From Propionibacteriaceae bacterium (GTDB lineage: Bacteria; Actinomycetota; Actinomycetes; Propionibacteriales; Propionibacteriaceae), in assembly GCA_009778535.1 (NCBI GenBank), contig WRJP01000001.1, positions 1-44,869 on the forward strand: DNA of 44,869 bases. The letters run 5' to 3'. This document shows positions 9,172 through 18,797 of the stretch, in pieces. Within the stretch, counting starts at the first letter, position 1. Every line of letters starts with the position of its first letter. Made by a program: the position numbers and the translations under genes. The notes under the pieces were generated by a model. That model was not told where the DNA came from and made no database searches. It was given only the letters and a program-made list of their open reading frames with translations.

Positions 9172-11982
9172 TCACTCGAAATGCTTAACGACTAAGTTGC
9201 GGTCTCCATAGGCATTGTCAATACGTGCCACCGGTGGCCAGTATTTGTCTTTACCCCCAGTTGTAATCGGACCTGGATGTACGCCAGCAGGGAAAGCCGC
9301 CTGTTCGCGTGAATATGGGTGAGGCCAACCGTCTTTGACGACTTCCCACGCCAGATGGGGCGCATTATGAAGCGGGTTGTCGTCAACCGGATGTACCCCA
9401 GCGGCTACTTGGTCGATTTCTGCACGAATCGCCAGCATCGCGTCAATGAACCTGTCCAACTCGGACAATGATTCTGATTCAGTCGGCTCAACCATTAAAG
9501 TCCCCGACACCGGGAAACTCATGGTCGGAGCATGGAAACCGTAGTCAATCAAGCGTTTCGCCACATCGTCGACGCTAACTCCAGTTTGCTTGGTGAGCGG
9601 ACGCAAGTCGATGATGCATTCATGAGCGACCAAGCCGCTGGCTCCAGTGTAAAGAATTGGATAAGCCTCACCAAGACCAGCTGCCAGGTAATTCGCCTTC
9701 AAAACCGCCATTTGTGACGCCAGCCGCAATCCCACAGCACCGGTCATGTGAATATAGAAATACGAGATGGGCAAGATTCCTGCCGAGCCGAAAGGCGCTC
9801 CGGCAACTGCACCGGCGCTACCTTGGGGGCTAGGCAAAAATGGTGCTAGGTGTTTGCGCACCGCTACCGGCCCCACACCAGGACCACCGCCGCCATGCGG
9901 CATGGCAAACGTCTTGTGGAGGTTGAGGTGACTCACATCCGCACCGAAATGGCCAGGTTTTGCCAGCCCCATCAGTGCATTGAAATTTGCCCCATCGACG
10001 AATACCTGCCCGCCGGCAGCGTGCACCATTTCGCACACTTTGGTGATGCCCGATTCAAATACGCCGTGCGTCGAAGGATAGGTGACCATAATCGCCGCTA
10101 ACTGTTCTTGATGGGCAGTGATCTTGGCTGCCAGATCGGTCATGTCGATAGACCCATCAGGTGCCGTAGCCACCTGCATCACTTTCAGTCCAGCCATCGC
10201 TGCTGAAGCTGCATTCGTGCCGTGCGCCGACTCAGGAATCAGACAAATGTCGCGCTGGTGTTGGCCATTGGCTTTGTGCCAACCCATGATCGCCAACAGT
10301 CCGGCATACTCCCCCTGGCTGCCCGCATTGGGTTGCACGCAAACCTCGTCATAGCCGGTGATGGCCGCCAACCATTCGCATAACTGCGTGATCAACCTCT
10401 GATAGCCGCCGTCATCGCCAGTTGCCAGCGGATGCAAGTCGGCAAAACCGGAATAGCTGATGGTCTCCATAGCTGCGGCTGGGTTGGCTTTCATGGTGCA
10501 CGATCCGAGCGGAATCATGCCGCGATCTAGTGCGTAGTCACGATCTTGCAGCGTCCGCAGGTAGCGCATGAATTCGGTTTCGTCGTTATAGGAGTTGAAG
10601 ACCTTTTGGGTACAGAACGGCTCTGTTCGCGAATGCCCAGCCAAATCGAAGTCAATACCAGCTTCAGCCTCGTTTGCCTGCGCAAAGGGTTGAAACACTT
10701 CCAAAAGCTGTTCCGCCTCAGCAGACGTGAAGTCTTCCCCAATCGAAATGCCAACCCAATCATTGTCTAGGTTTAGTAGCAGAAATCCTGCCTGCCTCGC
10801 ATTTTCAACTATCTGTTGCGCCTGACCAATGGCTCGTACCCGCAGCGTGTCGAAGAATGAATGACTCCCCAACTCAAAACCAAGTCCTACCAAAGCAGTA
10901 GCCAACTCCACCGCACTTTGATGAATCGAGGTAGCGATCTGCGCCAGTCCTGCCGCACCGTGCCATACGGCGTAGCTTGCGGCAGCCACGGCCATTAGCA
11001 CTTGCGAAGTGCAGATATTACTTGTCGCTCTCTCTCTGCGAATGTGCTGCTCCCTGGTTTGTAAAGCCAACCGGTATGCATCGGTTCCCAGGCGATCTTT
11101 GGAGAGCCCTACCAGACGACCTGGCAGTTGCCGCTCCAAACCTTCGCGTACTGCAATATACCCAGCATGCGGACCACCGAAATACATAGGCAGCCCGAAA
11201 CGTTGTACCGATCCAACGACGATGTCGGCACCCCAGTCGGCAGGAGCATTGAGTAGGGTAAGTGCCAGCGGATCACATGCCGCTATGACCAGCGCACCGC
11301 GCTCGTGGGCAGCATCAGCTATGGCCTGCAATTCGGTCAATTTTCGGATGCGGCCGTTGGCGCCTGGAATTTGCAGCACGATTGCACATAGTTCTCCAGC
11401 GCCTTGAGCTGCTATTCGATCTTGAATGCTGTGCCAATCGTCTGCGGTGACCAGCTCGATGCCCCAAGCTGAACTCCTGGTAGCGACTACTGCCGCCGAT
11501 TGCGGGAATAAATCCTCATCAAGAATCACCGTCGCTGCGGACTTCACAACCCTTCTTGCCAGCGCCACAGCTTCGGCAACGGCGGTAGCTTCATCCAAGA
11601 GACTCGCCCCTGCGATAGGAAGGCCGGTCAATTCTGAAATCAGAGTCTGGAAAGTCATTAACGCTTCCAAGCGTCCTTGACTGATTTCGGGTTGATACGG
11701 GGTATATGCGGTGTACCAAGCTGGATTTTCCAAAATGTTGCGTCGAATCGGTGCCGGGGTGATCGTACCGGAATAACCCATCCCTAGCAGCGAACGTTTG
11801 ATGTTGTTCTGCCCGGCCAACTCCAACAACCGCTGCCGAGTCGCTTCGGCAGAATGTGGAGTAGGTAAGCCTTTATCCCAACCGCTTTCGACTGCAATCT
11901 GGCTCGGAATCGCCGCAGCTGTCAACTCGTCAAGGCTGGCATATCCCAGCACATCCAACATCGCCGAAATCTCATTATTCAT
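9172..11982 (-). CDS. gcvP: Glycine dehydrogenase (glycine cleavage P protein), single-chain type
   Basis: YTPYQPEISQGRLE, TREQHIRRERATSNICT, MIPLGSCTMK, HLNLHKTF PLP lysine, GFHAPTMSFP. Confidence 0.97.
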   Translation of the reverse strand: MNNEISAMLDVLGYASLDELTAAAIPSQIAVESGWDKGLPTPHSAEATRQRLLELAGQNNIKRSLLGMGYSGTITPAPIRRNILENPAWYTAYTPYQPEISQGRLEALMTFQTLISELTGLPIAGASLLDEATAVAEAVALARRVVKSAATVILDEDLFPQSAAVVATRSSAWGIELVTADDWHSIQDRIAAQGAGELCAIVLQIPGANGRIRKLTELQAIADAAHERGALVIAACDPLALTLLNAPADWGADIVVGSVQRFGLPMYFGGPHAGYIAVREGLERQLPGRLVGLSKDRLGTDAYRLALQTREQHIRRERATSNICTSQVLMAVAAASYAVWHGAAGLAQIATSIHQSAVELATALVGLGFELGSHSFFDTLRVRAIGQAQQIVENARQAGFLLLNLDNDWVGISIGEDFTSAEAEQLLEVFQPFAQANEAEAGIDFDLAGHSRTEPFCTQKVFNSYNDETEFMRYLRTLQDRDYALDRGMIPLGSCTMKANPAAAMETISYSGFADLHPLATGDDGGYQRLITQLCEWLAAITGYDEVCVQPNAGSQGEYAGLLAIMGWHKANGQHQRDICLIPESAHGTNAASAAMAGLKVMQVATAPDGSIDMTDLAAKITAHQEQLAAIMVTYPSTHGVFESGITKVCEMVHAAGGQVFVDGANFNALMGLAKPGHFGADVSHLNLHKTFAMPHGGGGPGVGPVAVRKHLAPFLPSPQGSAGAVAGAPFGSAGILPISYFYIHMTGAVGLRLASQMAVLKANYLAAGLGEAYPILYTGASGLVAHECIIDLRPLTKQTGVSVDDVAKRLIDYGFHAPTMSFPVSGTLMVEPTESESLSELDRFIDAMLAIRAEIDQVAAGVHPVDDNPLHNAPHLAWEVVKDGWPHPYSREQAAFPAGVHPGPITTGGKDKYWPPVARIDNAYGDRNLVVKHFE

Positions 11983-12054
11983 ATCAACACCACCTGTTCA
12001 TTCCACGTCATCTTATGGCATGCCAACCGGAATTTCTCATCGGTTGAATGTTCT

Positions 12055-12244
12055 GGATTCTGCGAGCGGGAGCCGCAGAATGACAGAAATGGTGTGAATC
12101 AGTCACGAAATTTCGGCACTCAGTCATCTGGTCGCGCTGCGCGCGGCAGACGCCGCAGAATGACAAAAAGAGGACTATCCCCAATTCGTCATACTGCACG
12201 CTAGTTGCAGTATCCATATCCCGAATGCTCCATCGCAGTATCCA
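12055..12244. repeat. Cluster of a second palindromic repeat family B (GTCAT-stem-loop-ATCC)
   Basis: GGATTCTGCG-N9-CGCAGAATGACA (12055-12085), partial GCGGC...GCCGCAGAATGACA (12143-12165), inverted CGTCATACTGCA-N7-TGCAGTATCC (12187-12215), fragment GCAGTATCCA (12235-12244). Confidence 0.75.
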
Positions 12245-12249
12245 CAACC

Positions 12250-12606
12250 CTAACGCTTAGTAAGATGTCGGATGGCGGCGATGGGGTGCCTTTTTAGCAT
12301 TCGTGAGCCGGCATAACGCATGACTTCGCGAATGGCTGCCCGTTGTTCGGGGCTGAAACAATGGTTACCGCAAGCCTCGCAGGTTGTTTTAGCCTCCATT
12401 GTGCGGCACTGATCGGTGCGTTTTACCGCGTATGTATCAAGAAAAAGGCACTCGGGGCACACGACTTCACCGCAATACGCGAGCTTTTCACAAACCGCTG
12501 CATCATGATGGTCTTTACAAAAAATCGCCACCATCTGCGAAATAGTTCTTTTCTCGCGCAAACGCTTTTTGTGAACCTTCGGAGAATCCGCCACAGTGCG
12601 CACCAT
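12250..12606 (-). CDS. YgbA / nitrous oxide-stimulated promoter family Cys-rich protein
   Basis: REKRTISQMVAIFC..HH...CPEC...YA..R...C....K..C..C..HC......IREVMRYAG.RML..HP. Confidence 0.85.
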   Translation of the reverse strand: MVRTVADSPKVHKKRLREKRTISQMVAIFCKDHHDAAVCEKLAYCGEVVCPECLFLDTYAVKRTDQCRTMEAKTTCEACGNHCFSPEQRAAIREVMRYAGSRMLKRHPIAAIRHLTKR

Positions 12607-12635
12607 TCAAAACACCGAACAAAGATGCAAAAGAG

Positions 12636-13175
12636 CTAGACGGCCTTGGACTGGCGGCGTTGCGCTAATTCGTCACCCAGACCGGATACCAGCGGGGCAG
12701 CTTCGGCCTTTTGGGTTGGAAGAATAGCCAAGGTTCCTTCAATGTCGCGCCAAACGCTTCCAAGTGCTATCCCAAACATGCCTTGACCGCCTTTGAGTAG
12801 ATCGACCACTTCGTCGTCACTAACGCATTCGTATACCGAAACCCCGTCGCTCATTAACGTAATCGAAGTGATGTCCTCCACACCACGATTGCGCAGGTGG
12901 TCAACGGCCGTTCGGATTTGCTGCAAAGAGATTCCGGCATCAATGAGCCGCTTAATGACCTTTAGTAGCAGCAAATCCCGAAAACTGTAGAGGCGTTGCG
13001 TCCCAGAACCTTCAGCAATGCGAATCTCAGGTACTACCAACCCAGTGCGTGCCCAGTAATCCAGTTGACGATACGTTATGTCGGCTGCATTGCAAGCAAC
13101 TGGCCCGCGAAAACCGAGGTCAGTCGGCATGGGAGAAAAATCACCTTCAAACAAGCTGTCCTGCTGTGGGTTCAT
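12636..13175 (-). CDS. MerR family regulator, Rv1830/McdR-like
   Basis: GFRGPVAC.AA.ITYRQLDYWART...GSGTQRLYSF.D...VVDLL.GGQGMFGI; syntenic with gcvP. Confidence 0.9.
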   Translation of the reverse strand: MNPQQDSLFEGDFSPMPTDLGFRGPVACNAADITYRQLDYWARTGLVVPEIRIAEGSGTQRLYSFRDLLLLKVIKRLIDAGISLQQIRTAVDHLRNRGVEDITSITLMSDGVSVYECVSDDEVVDLLKGGQGMFGIALGSVWRDIEGTLAILPTQKAEAAPLVSGLGDELAQRRQSKAV

Positions 13176-13202
13176 TAGAGTCCTCGCTTACTTTCCCCTC
13201 AG

Positions 13203-13239
13203 ACGTTATTCTGAATCCTCCCCGCCGGTCAACGACACG
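13203..13239 (-). promoter_or_regulatory. Candidate primary-sigma promoter of the Rv1830-like gene
   Basis: Minus strand CGTGTCG-TTGACC-N18-TAACGT. Confidence 0.5.
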
Positions 13240-13310
13240 CCGCAGTAATTCTTTGCCCGCAACAAGTCTCAACTCTCGCTAAAGAGTCACCGCCGCAATC
13301 TCAGAACTGT

Positions 13311-13979
13311 TCATTGCGACAAATTCATGCGCAAGATAGCCGCGTGTGCATGCAATACGAGTTGCATAATCTCACTGGGTATCTGTTGCGCTGTTGGATT
13401 ACGCCGCAGATAAGGGGTAACCGCTTGCTCGATCAATCCGACTTCACGTTCGGCAGCTTGCTTTATCACTCGCAGGTGACGGGCATCCATCCCAAACGGT
13501 GCAAGTTTACGCACGATCACTGCAATAGTGAGTTGATCTCTGCCGTAGTACACAGTGCCGCGTCGCGGTGCAATCAAACCGGAGCGTTCCAACTCAGACA
13601 TGGCGCTTTCACTCAAACCACTGACCTTCAAAAGGTCGCGCCGCGTCATTCGAATAGCACGTTTAGGAGGGGCGCTCCTGGTGGGAACTATATCCTCAGA
13701 GGCATTTCGGCTATCGCTGTTCGGTTGATCTCCACGATCCATCGAATCGAGGTTATCTTTAATCACCTTAAGCGGGAGATAGTGATTCTTCTGGGCATCT
13801 AATACGTAACGCAGCCGCTCAATGTCGCTATCACGGTAGCGTCTGTACCCAGACGGAGCGCGTTCCGGCGAGATTAACCCTTCGGCTTCCAAGAAACGAA
13901 TCTTGGAAATCGTGACATCCGGATACTCGGTTTTCAGCATGGCCATGACTTGACCGATACTGCGCAACCCTATGGCCAT
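13311..13979 (-). CDS. MerR family regulator, FtsR/Rv1828-like
   Basis: SIGQV...YPDVTISKIRFLEAEGLISPER.PSGYRRY...HYLPLKVIK; follows the FHA gene. Confidence 0.9.
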   Translation of the reverse strand: MAIGLRSIGQVMAMLKTEYPDVTISKIRFLEAEGLISPERAPSGYRRYRDSDIERLRYVLDAQKNHYLPLKVIKDNLDSMDRGDQPNSDSRNASEDIVPTRSAPPKRAIRMTRRDLLKVSGLSESAMSELERSGLIAPRRGTVYYGRDQLTIAVIVRKLAPFGMDARHLRVIKQAAEREVGLIEQAVTPYLRRNPTAQQIPSEIMQLVLHAHAAILRMNLSQ

Positions 13980-13987
13980 GACTTGCT

Positions 13988-14461
13988 TTACCGATTCTCG
14001 AAAAAGGTCATCCGGTATTTGCCGATTTGCACGCTATCCCCGCGGCGCAAAGCAACTTCTCCATCGATGAGGGTGTTGTTCACATATGTGCCATTGAGAG
14101 AGTTCTCATCTTGCAACCAGACGTACCCATCCCGCTTGGTGAAGCGAGCATGATGGCGCGAAACTGTCACATCGTCAAGGAAAATATCGCAGCGCGGGTG
14201 CCGTCCGACAACTGTCACAGCACCAGCTAGAAGAAAACGCTCTCCGGTGTGGGTTCCACGCACGACCATCAGCATTGCAGACCCCTGGGGCAACTCGTCG
14301 ATAGCAGCCTCGGCTTCTTGATTCAGCCCATCCAAACTACCTTCGTCAAACATCGAAATAGTCCCAGTGGTATCACCAGTCAGCTTTCCTAAACTGGCCT
14401 CACAATGCGGACAGAAGTTCTTGGCTTCTGTGACCTCATTGCCGCAAACTGGACAGATCAT
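13988..14461 (-). CDS. FHA domain protein, GarA/OdhI-like, with N-terminal zinc ribbon
   Basis: CPVC...CPHC, DTT candidate phospho-site, GRHP..DIFLDDVTVSRHHA...SLNGTYVN. Confidence 0.9.
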   Translation of the reverse strand: MICPVCGNEVTEAKNFCPHCEASLGKLTGDTTGTISMFDEGSLDGLNQEAEAAIDELPQGSAMLMVVRGTHTGERFLLAGAVTVVGRHPRCDIFLDDVTVSRHHARFTKRDGYVWLQDENSLNGTYVNNTLIDGEVALRRGDSVQIGKYRMTFFENR

Positions 14462-14483
14462 CAATCACCTCCTGATCTGCAAC

Positions 14484-14864
14484 TCAATCGGCTGCGATTT
14501 TTTGGTACTCCTGTGAGTCAAGTAGCTCTTCCAACTCCTCAGGTTGCGTTATTGACACCTCAAATAGCCAGCCGTCACCGTATGGGTCAGCATTGATAGT
14601 CTCGGGCGCAGTCTGAAGGATTTCGTTTACCGCAGTGACGACCCCTGAAACCGGCGAATACACCTCGGAAACGCTCTTTGTTGACTCTAGTTCAGCGATA
14701 GAGTCGCCAGCATTAACCTCATCTCCAGGTTTGGGTAGAGAAGCGTAGACGATGTCTGACAAAGCATCGGCTGCATATTGCGTAATGCCAACCCTTGCTG
14801 TTTGATCTGACCCCACTCGTAACCATTCGTGTTCTTCGGAATACATTAGATCGTCTGGGTACAC
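14484..14864 (-). CDS. gcvH: Glycine cleavage system H protein
   Basis: YSEEHEW, VGIT.YA, ESTKSVSEVYSPVSG lipoyl-Lys motif, IN.DPYGDGW. Confidence 0.96.
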   Translation of the reverse strand: MYPDDLMYSEEHEWLRVGSDQTARVGITQYAADALSDIVYASLPKPGDEVNAGDSIAELESTKSVSEVYSPVSGVVTAVNEILQTAPETINADPYGDGWLFEVSITQPEELEELLDSQEYQKIAAD

Positions 14865-14916
14865 TGTTCCGCTCCTGGTCTCTTAACTTGACGGTTATAG
14901 TTCTACAATAGTCCTC

Positions 14917-15513
14917 TTAGTGCGAATTCAGGACTGGAAACCTCTTAATTACCTCGAAACCTTGCTTTAGATACAGCAGAGCAGACCACCAATACAGGCA
15001 AGTACCCCAAATTGCTACTGCCCAACCGAAGATTCTGAAGCCGATTTGCCAATCGGCAACTCCGTTCCCAAGCAGGACGCAGGGGAAGGCGTACAGCAGC
15101 AAGAAAGTTGCAGCTTTCCCGATGAAATGCACCGGCAGATTCGAGAAACCACGCTTTCGCAGCCCGGGGCCGAGGGTAAATAGCAGCAATAGTTCCCGCA
15201 TGACCAGCAGTGACATCCACCACCAAGGCACGATGCCGCGAATCAGCAGGCCGAGAACGGCAGCGAAAATGTATAGCCGGTCTGCAACGGGGTCAAGCAC
15301 TTGGCCGAGCCGAGAACGCTGCTTCAGTACTCTGGCTAACTTGCCATCAAGCCAATCGGTGAAACCTCCGACTGCCAACACTACGACTGCCCAAACATCA
15401 TTTTGGGTATCTAGCAAGAGCCATAGAAAAAGCGGAACTCCACACAGCCTGATCAGCGACAAGATGTTAGGAATAGTCAGTATCTTGTCGGTATCGTGCG
15501 GTTCTCCACTCAC
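14917..15513 (-). CDS. CDP-alcohol phosphatidyltransferase (PgsA2 type)
   Basis: TIPN.LS..R, DWLDGKLAR...G..LDP.AD signature. Confidence 0.92.
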   Translation of the reverse strand: MSGEPHDTDKILTIPNILSLIRLCGVPLFLWLLLDTQNDVWAVVVLAVGGFTDWLDGKLARVLKQRSRLGQVLDPVADRLYIFAAVLGLLIRGIVPWWWMSLLVMRELLLLFTLGPGLRKRGFSNLPVHFIGKAATFLLLYAFPCVLLGNGVADWQIGFRIFGWAVAIWGTCLYWWSALLYLKQGFEVIKRFPVLNSH

Positions 15514-15591
15514 GTCCTGATTCTAGCCATCGTCAGCGATTTCACAAGAAGCACACAACAGGTGGTCAGAAATTCTGGGGCAACTCCACGA

Positions 15592-16131
15592 TTAACCCCA
15601 AGTTGCAGCCAATTTGCTTCTGGTGTCTTCCAAAAGCTCCGGCAAGGCTTTCGTCTGCGCAATGATCGGCAAAAAGTTGGAATCTCCAGCCCAACGCGGC
15701 ACCACATGTTGGTGTAGATGAGCCGCAATACCAGCGCCCGCAACCGCACCCTGATTCATCCCCAGATTGAAACCGGAAGGATTCGAGACGACGCGTAACG
15801 CCTTCATCGCCGCCTGCGTTAGCCTTGTCAACTCAGCAGTTTCGCGCGATGTTAACTGTGTTAAGTCACCAACATGACGATAGGGACAGATCAACAGATG
15901 TCCTGGCGAATAGGGGAAAAGATTCATCACAGCGTACACATGAATACCACGCTTCACGATCAATCCCTGTTGGTCGGGTTTGGTCGGAGCTTGGCAAAAC
16001 GGGCAATCCCCAGCCGCCGCAGTTACAGGTTTACTCTCACCGTCAATATAAGCCATCCGGTGCGGGGTCCACAGCCGCTGATACCCATCCGGAGTTCTGG
16101 CGAAAGCATCAACTGGTTCTGGGTTGGTCAT
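15592..16131 (-). CDS. HIT family protein
   Basis: [28 protein letters not shown]; classic position after thrS. Confidence 0.92.
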   Translation of the reverse strand: MTNPEPVDAFARTPDGYQRLWTPHRMAYIDGESKPVTAAAGDCPFCQAPTKPDQQGLIVKRGIHVYAVMNLFPYSPGHLLICPYRHVGDLTQLTSRETAELTRLTQAAMKALRVVSNPSGFNLGMNQGAVAGAGIAAHLHQHVVPRWAGDSNFLPIIAQTKALPELLEDTRSKLAATWG

Positions 16132-18128
16132 TTTGCTTTAGTTTCGATGGTACGTTTCACCTCGGCGATGGCAGCATCGAGAGTGATCTGATTATTTTGT
16201 GAACCGTCGCGGTACCTAAATGAAACTGTATTCATTGCCACATCATCGTCCCCAACGATCAGAATGTATGGAATTTTTTGGGTAGCAGCCGAGCGAATCT
16301 TCTTTCCGAAACGGTCAGCGCCAGCGTCGATCTTTGCCCTGATCCCAGCGGAAACGAACGCTGCCACGGCATCATTTACGTATGAGTGGTGATCTTCGCT
16401 AACTGGAATAGCTAGCACTTGAACTGGAGCCAACCAAGTTGGGAAAGCCCCTGCGTAATGCTCAGTTAGCACTCCCAAGAAACGTTCAATAGAGCCAAAC
16501 TTGGCAGAATGAATCATCACTGGACGCTGGAGCGTGCCGTCAGGTGCGGTGTACTCCAACTCGAAACGTTCTGGCTGGTTAAAGTCGTACTGGATAGTTG
16601 ACATTTGCCAAGTGCGACCGATTGCATCTTTAGCTTGAACTGAAATCTTGGGCCCGTAATATGCCGCACCACCTGGGTCAGGCACCAGCGCCAGTCCGGT
16701 TTCTTTTCCGACTTCTTCCAACAGAGATGTGGCTTTCGCCCAGTCCGCATCACTGCCAATGAACTTTGCGCTGTTCGCGCCAGCTTCATCTCTAGTTGAC
16801 AGTTCGAGATAGAAGTCCTCTAAACCAAAGTCACGTAGCAGTTTCAGGATGAAGTTCAGCAGATGTCTGATTTCGTCAGCAGCTTGTTCTGGCATCACAT
16901 AGGAGTGCGAGTCGTCTTGGGTAATGGAACGTACTCTGGTCAGCCCTTGCAGCACTCCAGATTTTTCATCGCGGTACACCGTGCCAAATTCAAAAAACCG
17001 CAGCGGTAACTCACGGTAGGAACGGCCGCGTGATTTGAAAATCAGATTGTGCATCGGACAGTTCATCGCTTTCACCCGATACCGCTCCCCTATCCTTGCC
17101 AAGTTACCTTCGGCATCTGGTTTTTCTTCAACCATTTCGGGGAACATGAAGTCCGCGTAGTACGGGAGGTGTCCGGAAGTGTAGAACAGCGACTCTTTGG
17201 CGATATGCGGGGTTCCTACGTATTCAAATCCAGCGTCGATGTGGGCTTGGCGAACGTAGTCTTCCATCTCACGCTTGATGACCCCACCTTTGGGATGGAA
17301 AACCGGAAAACCGGCGCCTAGCTCCTCTGGGAAACTGAACAAGTCCAACTCGATGCCGAGTTTACGATGATCGCGCCGCAGCGCCTCCGCCATACGTTGC
17401 TGATATTCCTCTAATGCCGCTGGGGTTGGCCAGGCCGTCCCATAAATCCGCTGCATCGAGTCTTTCGATTGGTCACCGCGCCAATATGCCGCCGAGTTCC
17501 GAGTGATTGCCATCGCCTTCAGGTAGCCAGTATGTGGAACATGCGGGCCGCGGCATAGGTCTTTCCAAGCGACGGAGCCATCTTGACGCAGATTGTCGTA
17601 AATGGTTAGTTCGCCACTGCCGACTTCAACTGCTGCACCGTCGCTATCATTGGCATTTCCTTTGTCGGCGATGAGTTCTAATTTGAAAGGCTCACCGGCC
17701 AGCTCTGCTCTGGCTTCATCATCGCTGACCACGCGGCGGCGAAAACTCTGCCGTTGTGCAATTAACTGCTTCGATTTCTTCTCTATCGCTTTCAAATCTT
17801 GCGGCGTGAAAGGGTTTTCCACACAAAAGTCGTAGTAGAAGCCATCTGTTATTGGAGGGCCAATCCCCAGCTTTGCATCGCTAAACAGCTGTTGTACGGC
17901 CTGTGCTGTTATGTGAGCGCAGGAATGCCGGATGATCGAAAGACCTTCGCTTGAATCGATCAAAACTGGCTCTACGACATCTTGATCGTGCAACACCGTA
18001 TCCAAATCGACTGTTTTCGCATTCACCTTCATAGCGACGACATTGAGGTCTTTGGCGAAGATGCCCAGCCCAGTCGTCCCAGGTTCAACTTCGAACGGCT
18101 TGGCACCTTGCACAGTGATAACAGTCAT
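16128..18128 (-). CDS. thrS: Threonine--tRNA ligase
   Basis: RHS.AH, DLCRGPH, RDHRKLG, MNCP.H, GL.RVR, FGSIERF. Confidence 0.98.
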   Translation of the reverse strand: MTVITVQGAKPFEVEPGTTGLGIFAKDLNVVAMKVNAKTVDLDTVLHDQDVVEPVLIDSSEGLSIIRHSCAHITAQAVQQLFSDAKLGIGPPITDGFYYDFCVENPFTPQDLKAIEKKSKQLIAQRQSFRRRVVSDDEARAELAGEPFKLELIADKGNANDSDGAAVEVGSGELTIYDNLRQDGSVAWKDLCRGPHVPHTGYLKAMAITRNSAAYWRGDQSKDSMQRIYGTAWPTPAALEEYQQRMAEALRRDHRKLGIELDLFSFPEELGAGFPVFHPKGGVIKREMEDYVRQAHIDAGFEYVGTPHIAKESLFYTSGHLPYYADFMFPEMVEEKPDAEGNLARIGERYRVKAMNCPMHNLIFKSRGRSYRELPLRFFEFGTVYRDEKSGVLQGLTRVRSITQDDSHSYVMPEQAADEIRHLLNFILKLLRDFGLEDFYLELSTRDEAGANSAKFIGSDADWAKATSLLEEVGKETGLALVPDPGGAAYYGPKISVQAKDAIGRTWQMSTIQYDFNQPERFELEYTAPDGTLQRPVMIHSAKFGSIERFLGVLTEHYAGAFPTWLAPVQVLAIPVSEDHHSYVNDAVAAFVSAGIRAKIDAGADRFGKKIRSAATQKIPYILIVGDDDVAMNTVSFRYRDGSQNNQITLDAAIAEVKRTIETKAK

Positions 18129-18191
18129 TTTTTCCTTCTAGCTTGCAATGCACGAATGTCACATCAGATTCTATGCCTAAAAGCATGTGAA

Positions 18192-18797
18192 TCATTGTTT
18201 TACTTCAAGTTGAGGCGCAAGCTGATAGCTTGCCCAGGGCTGGTAGTAGGAGCCGCCTTTGGCAAGTGTGGATTTCACTAGCACAAACTCATTGACTGCA
18301 AAGCTGAAAGCACCAAAACTTTCCACAACATCACATACGCCGCGTGCCGGAGCCCGGTTTGACGCGCGTGCCAGCGTGAGATGCGGAGTGAATTTCGAGC
18401 CATCTGGACGCACCCCTACCCGTGAAGCCGCCGCGCGTATCAACTTGGAAAGGTTATTCAACGCAGGCGCGCCAACCTCGGCACCTAGCCAAACCGCTTT
18501 TGCGCCCAGACCACTTTGGGTTTGCGAACCTATCTCGGGCATACCGGTATTTCCGAAGATTCCTGCACCGTTGAGCACCAGCGGAAATGCTGTTGCCGTA
18601 ATCTCAGCAAGTTCATCAATCAATGGCTCCTGCCGAGCTTGCGGCACATCACCGAAGAATGCCAAGGTGAGATGCAGATTCTCAGGCCGCGTCCACTTCC
18701 AGTCCGGTGTCGCATCCCGCCTAGGTTCGATCAGTTCTGTAAGTCGTTCGGTGATTTCGAGCGGGGGAAACACTGCAACAAATAGCCGGTCACTCAT
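18192..18797 (-). CDS. thpR: RNA 2',3'-cyclic phosphodiesterase (2H family)
   Basis: RLFVAV, two HLTL motifs (NLHLTLAF, FTPHLTLAR). Confidence 0.9.
   Translation of the reverse strand: MSDRLFVAVFPPLEITERLTELIEPRRDATPDWKWTRPENLHLTLAFFGDVPQARQEPLIDELAEITATAFPLVLNGAGIFGNTGMPEIGSQTQSGLGAKAVWLGAEVGAPALNNLSKLIRAAASRVGVRPDGSKFTPHLTLARASNRAPARGVCDVVESFGAFSFAVNEFVLVKSTLAKGGSYYQPWASYQLAPQLEVKQ

Noticed and set aside
11983-12010. TGA read-through or selenocysteine extending gcvP upstream
   Set aside because: A TAA follows a few codons further up and the extension does not restore RHIG; TGA is an ordinary stop in many genes here.
18129-18191. T-box leader for thrS
   Set aside because: Only 63 bp, no T-box sequence or terminator.
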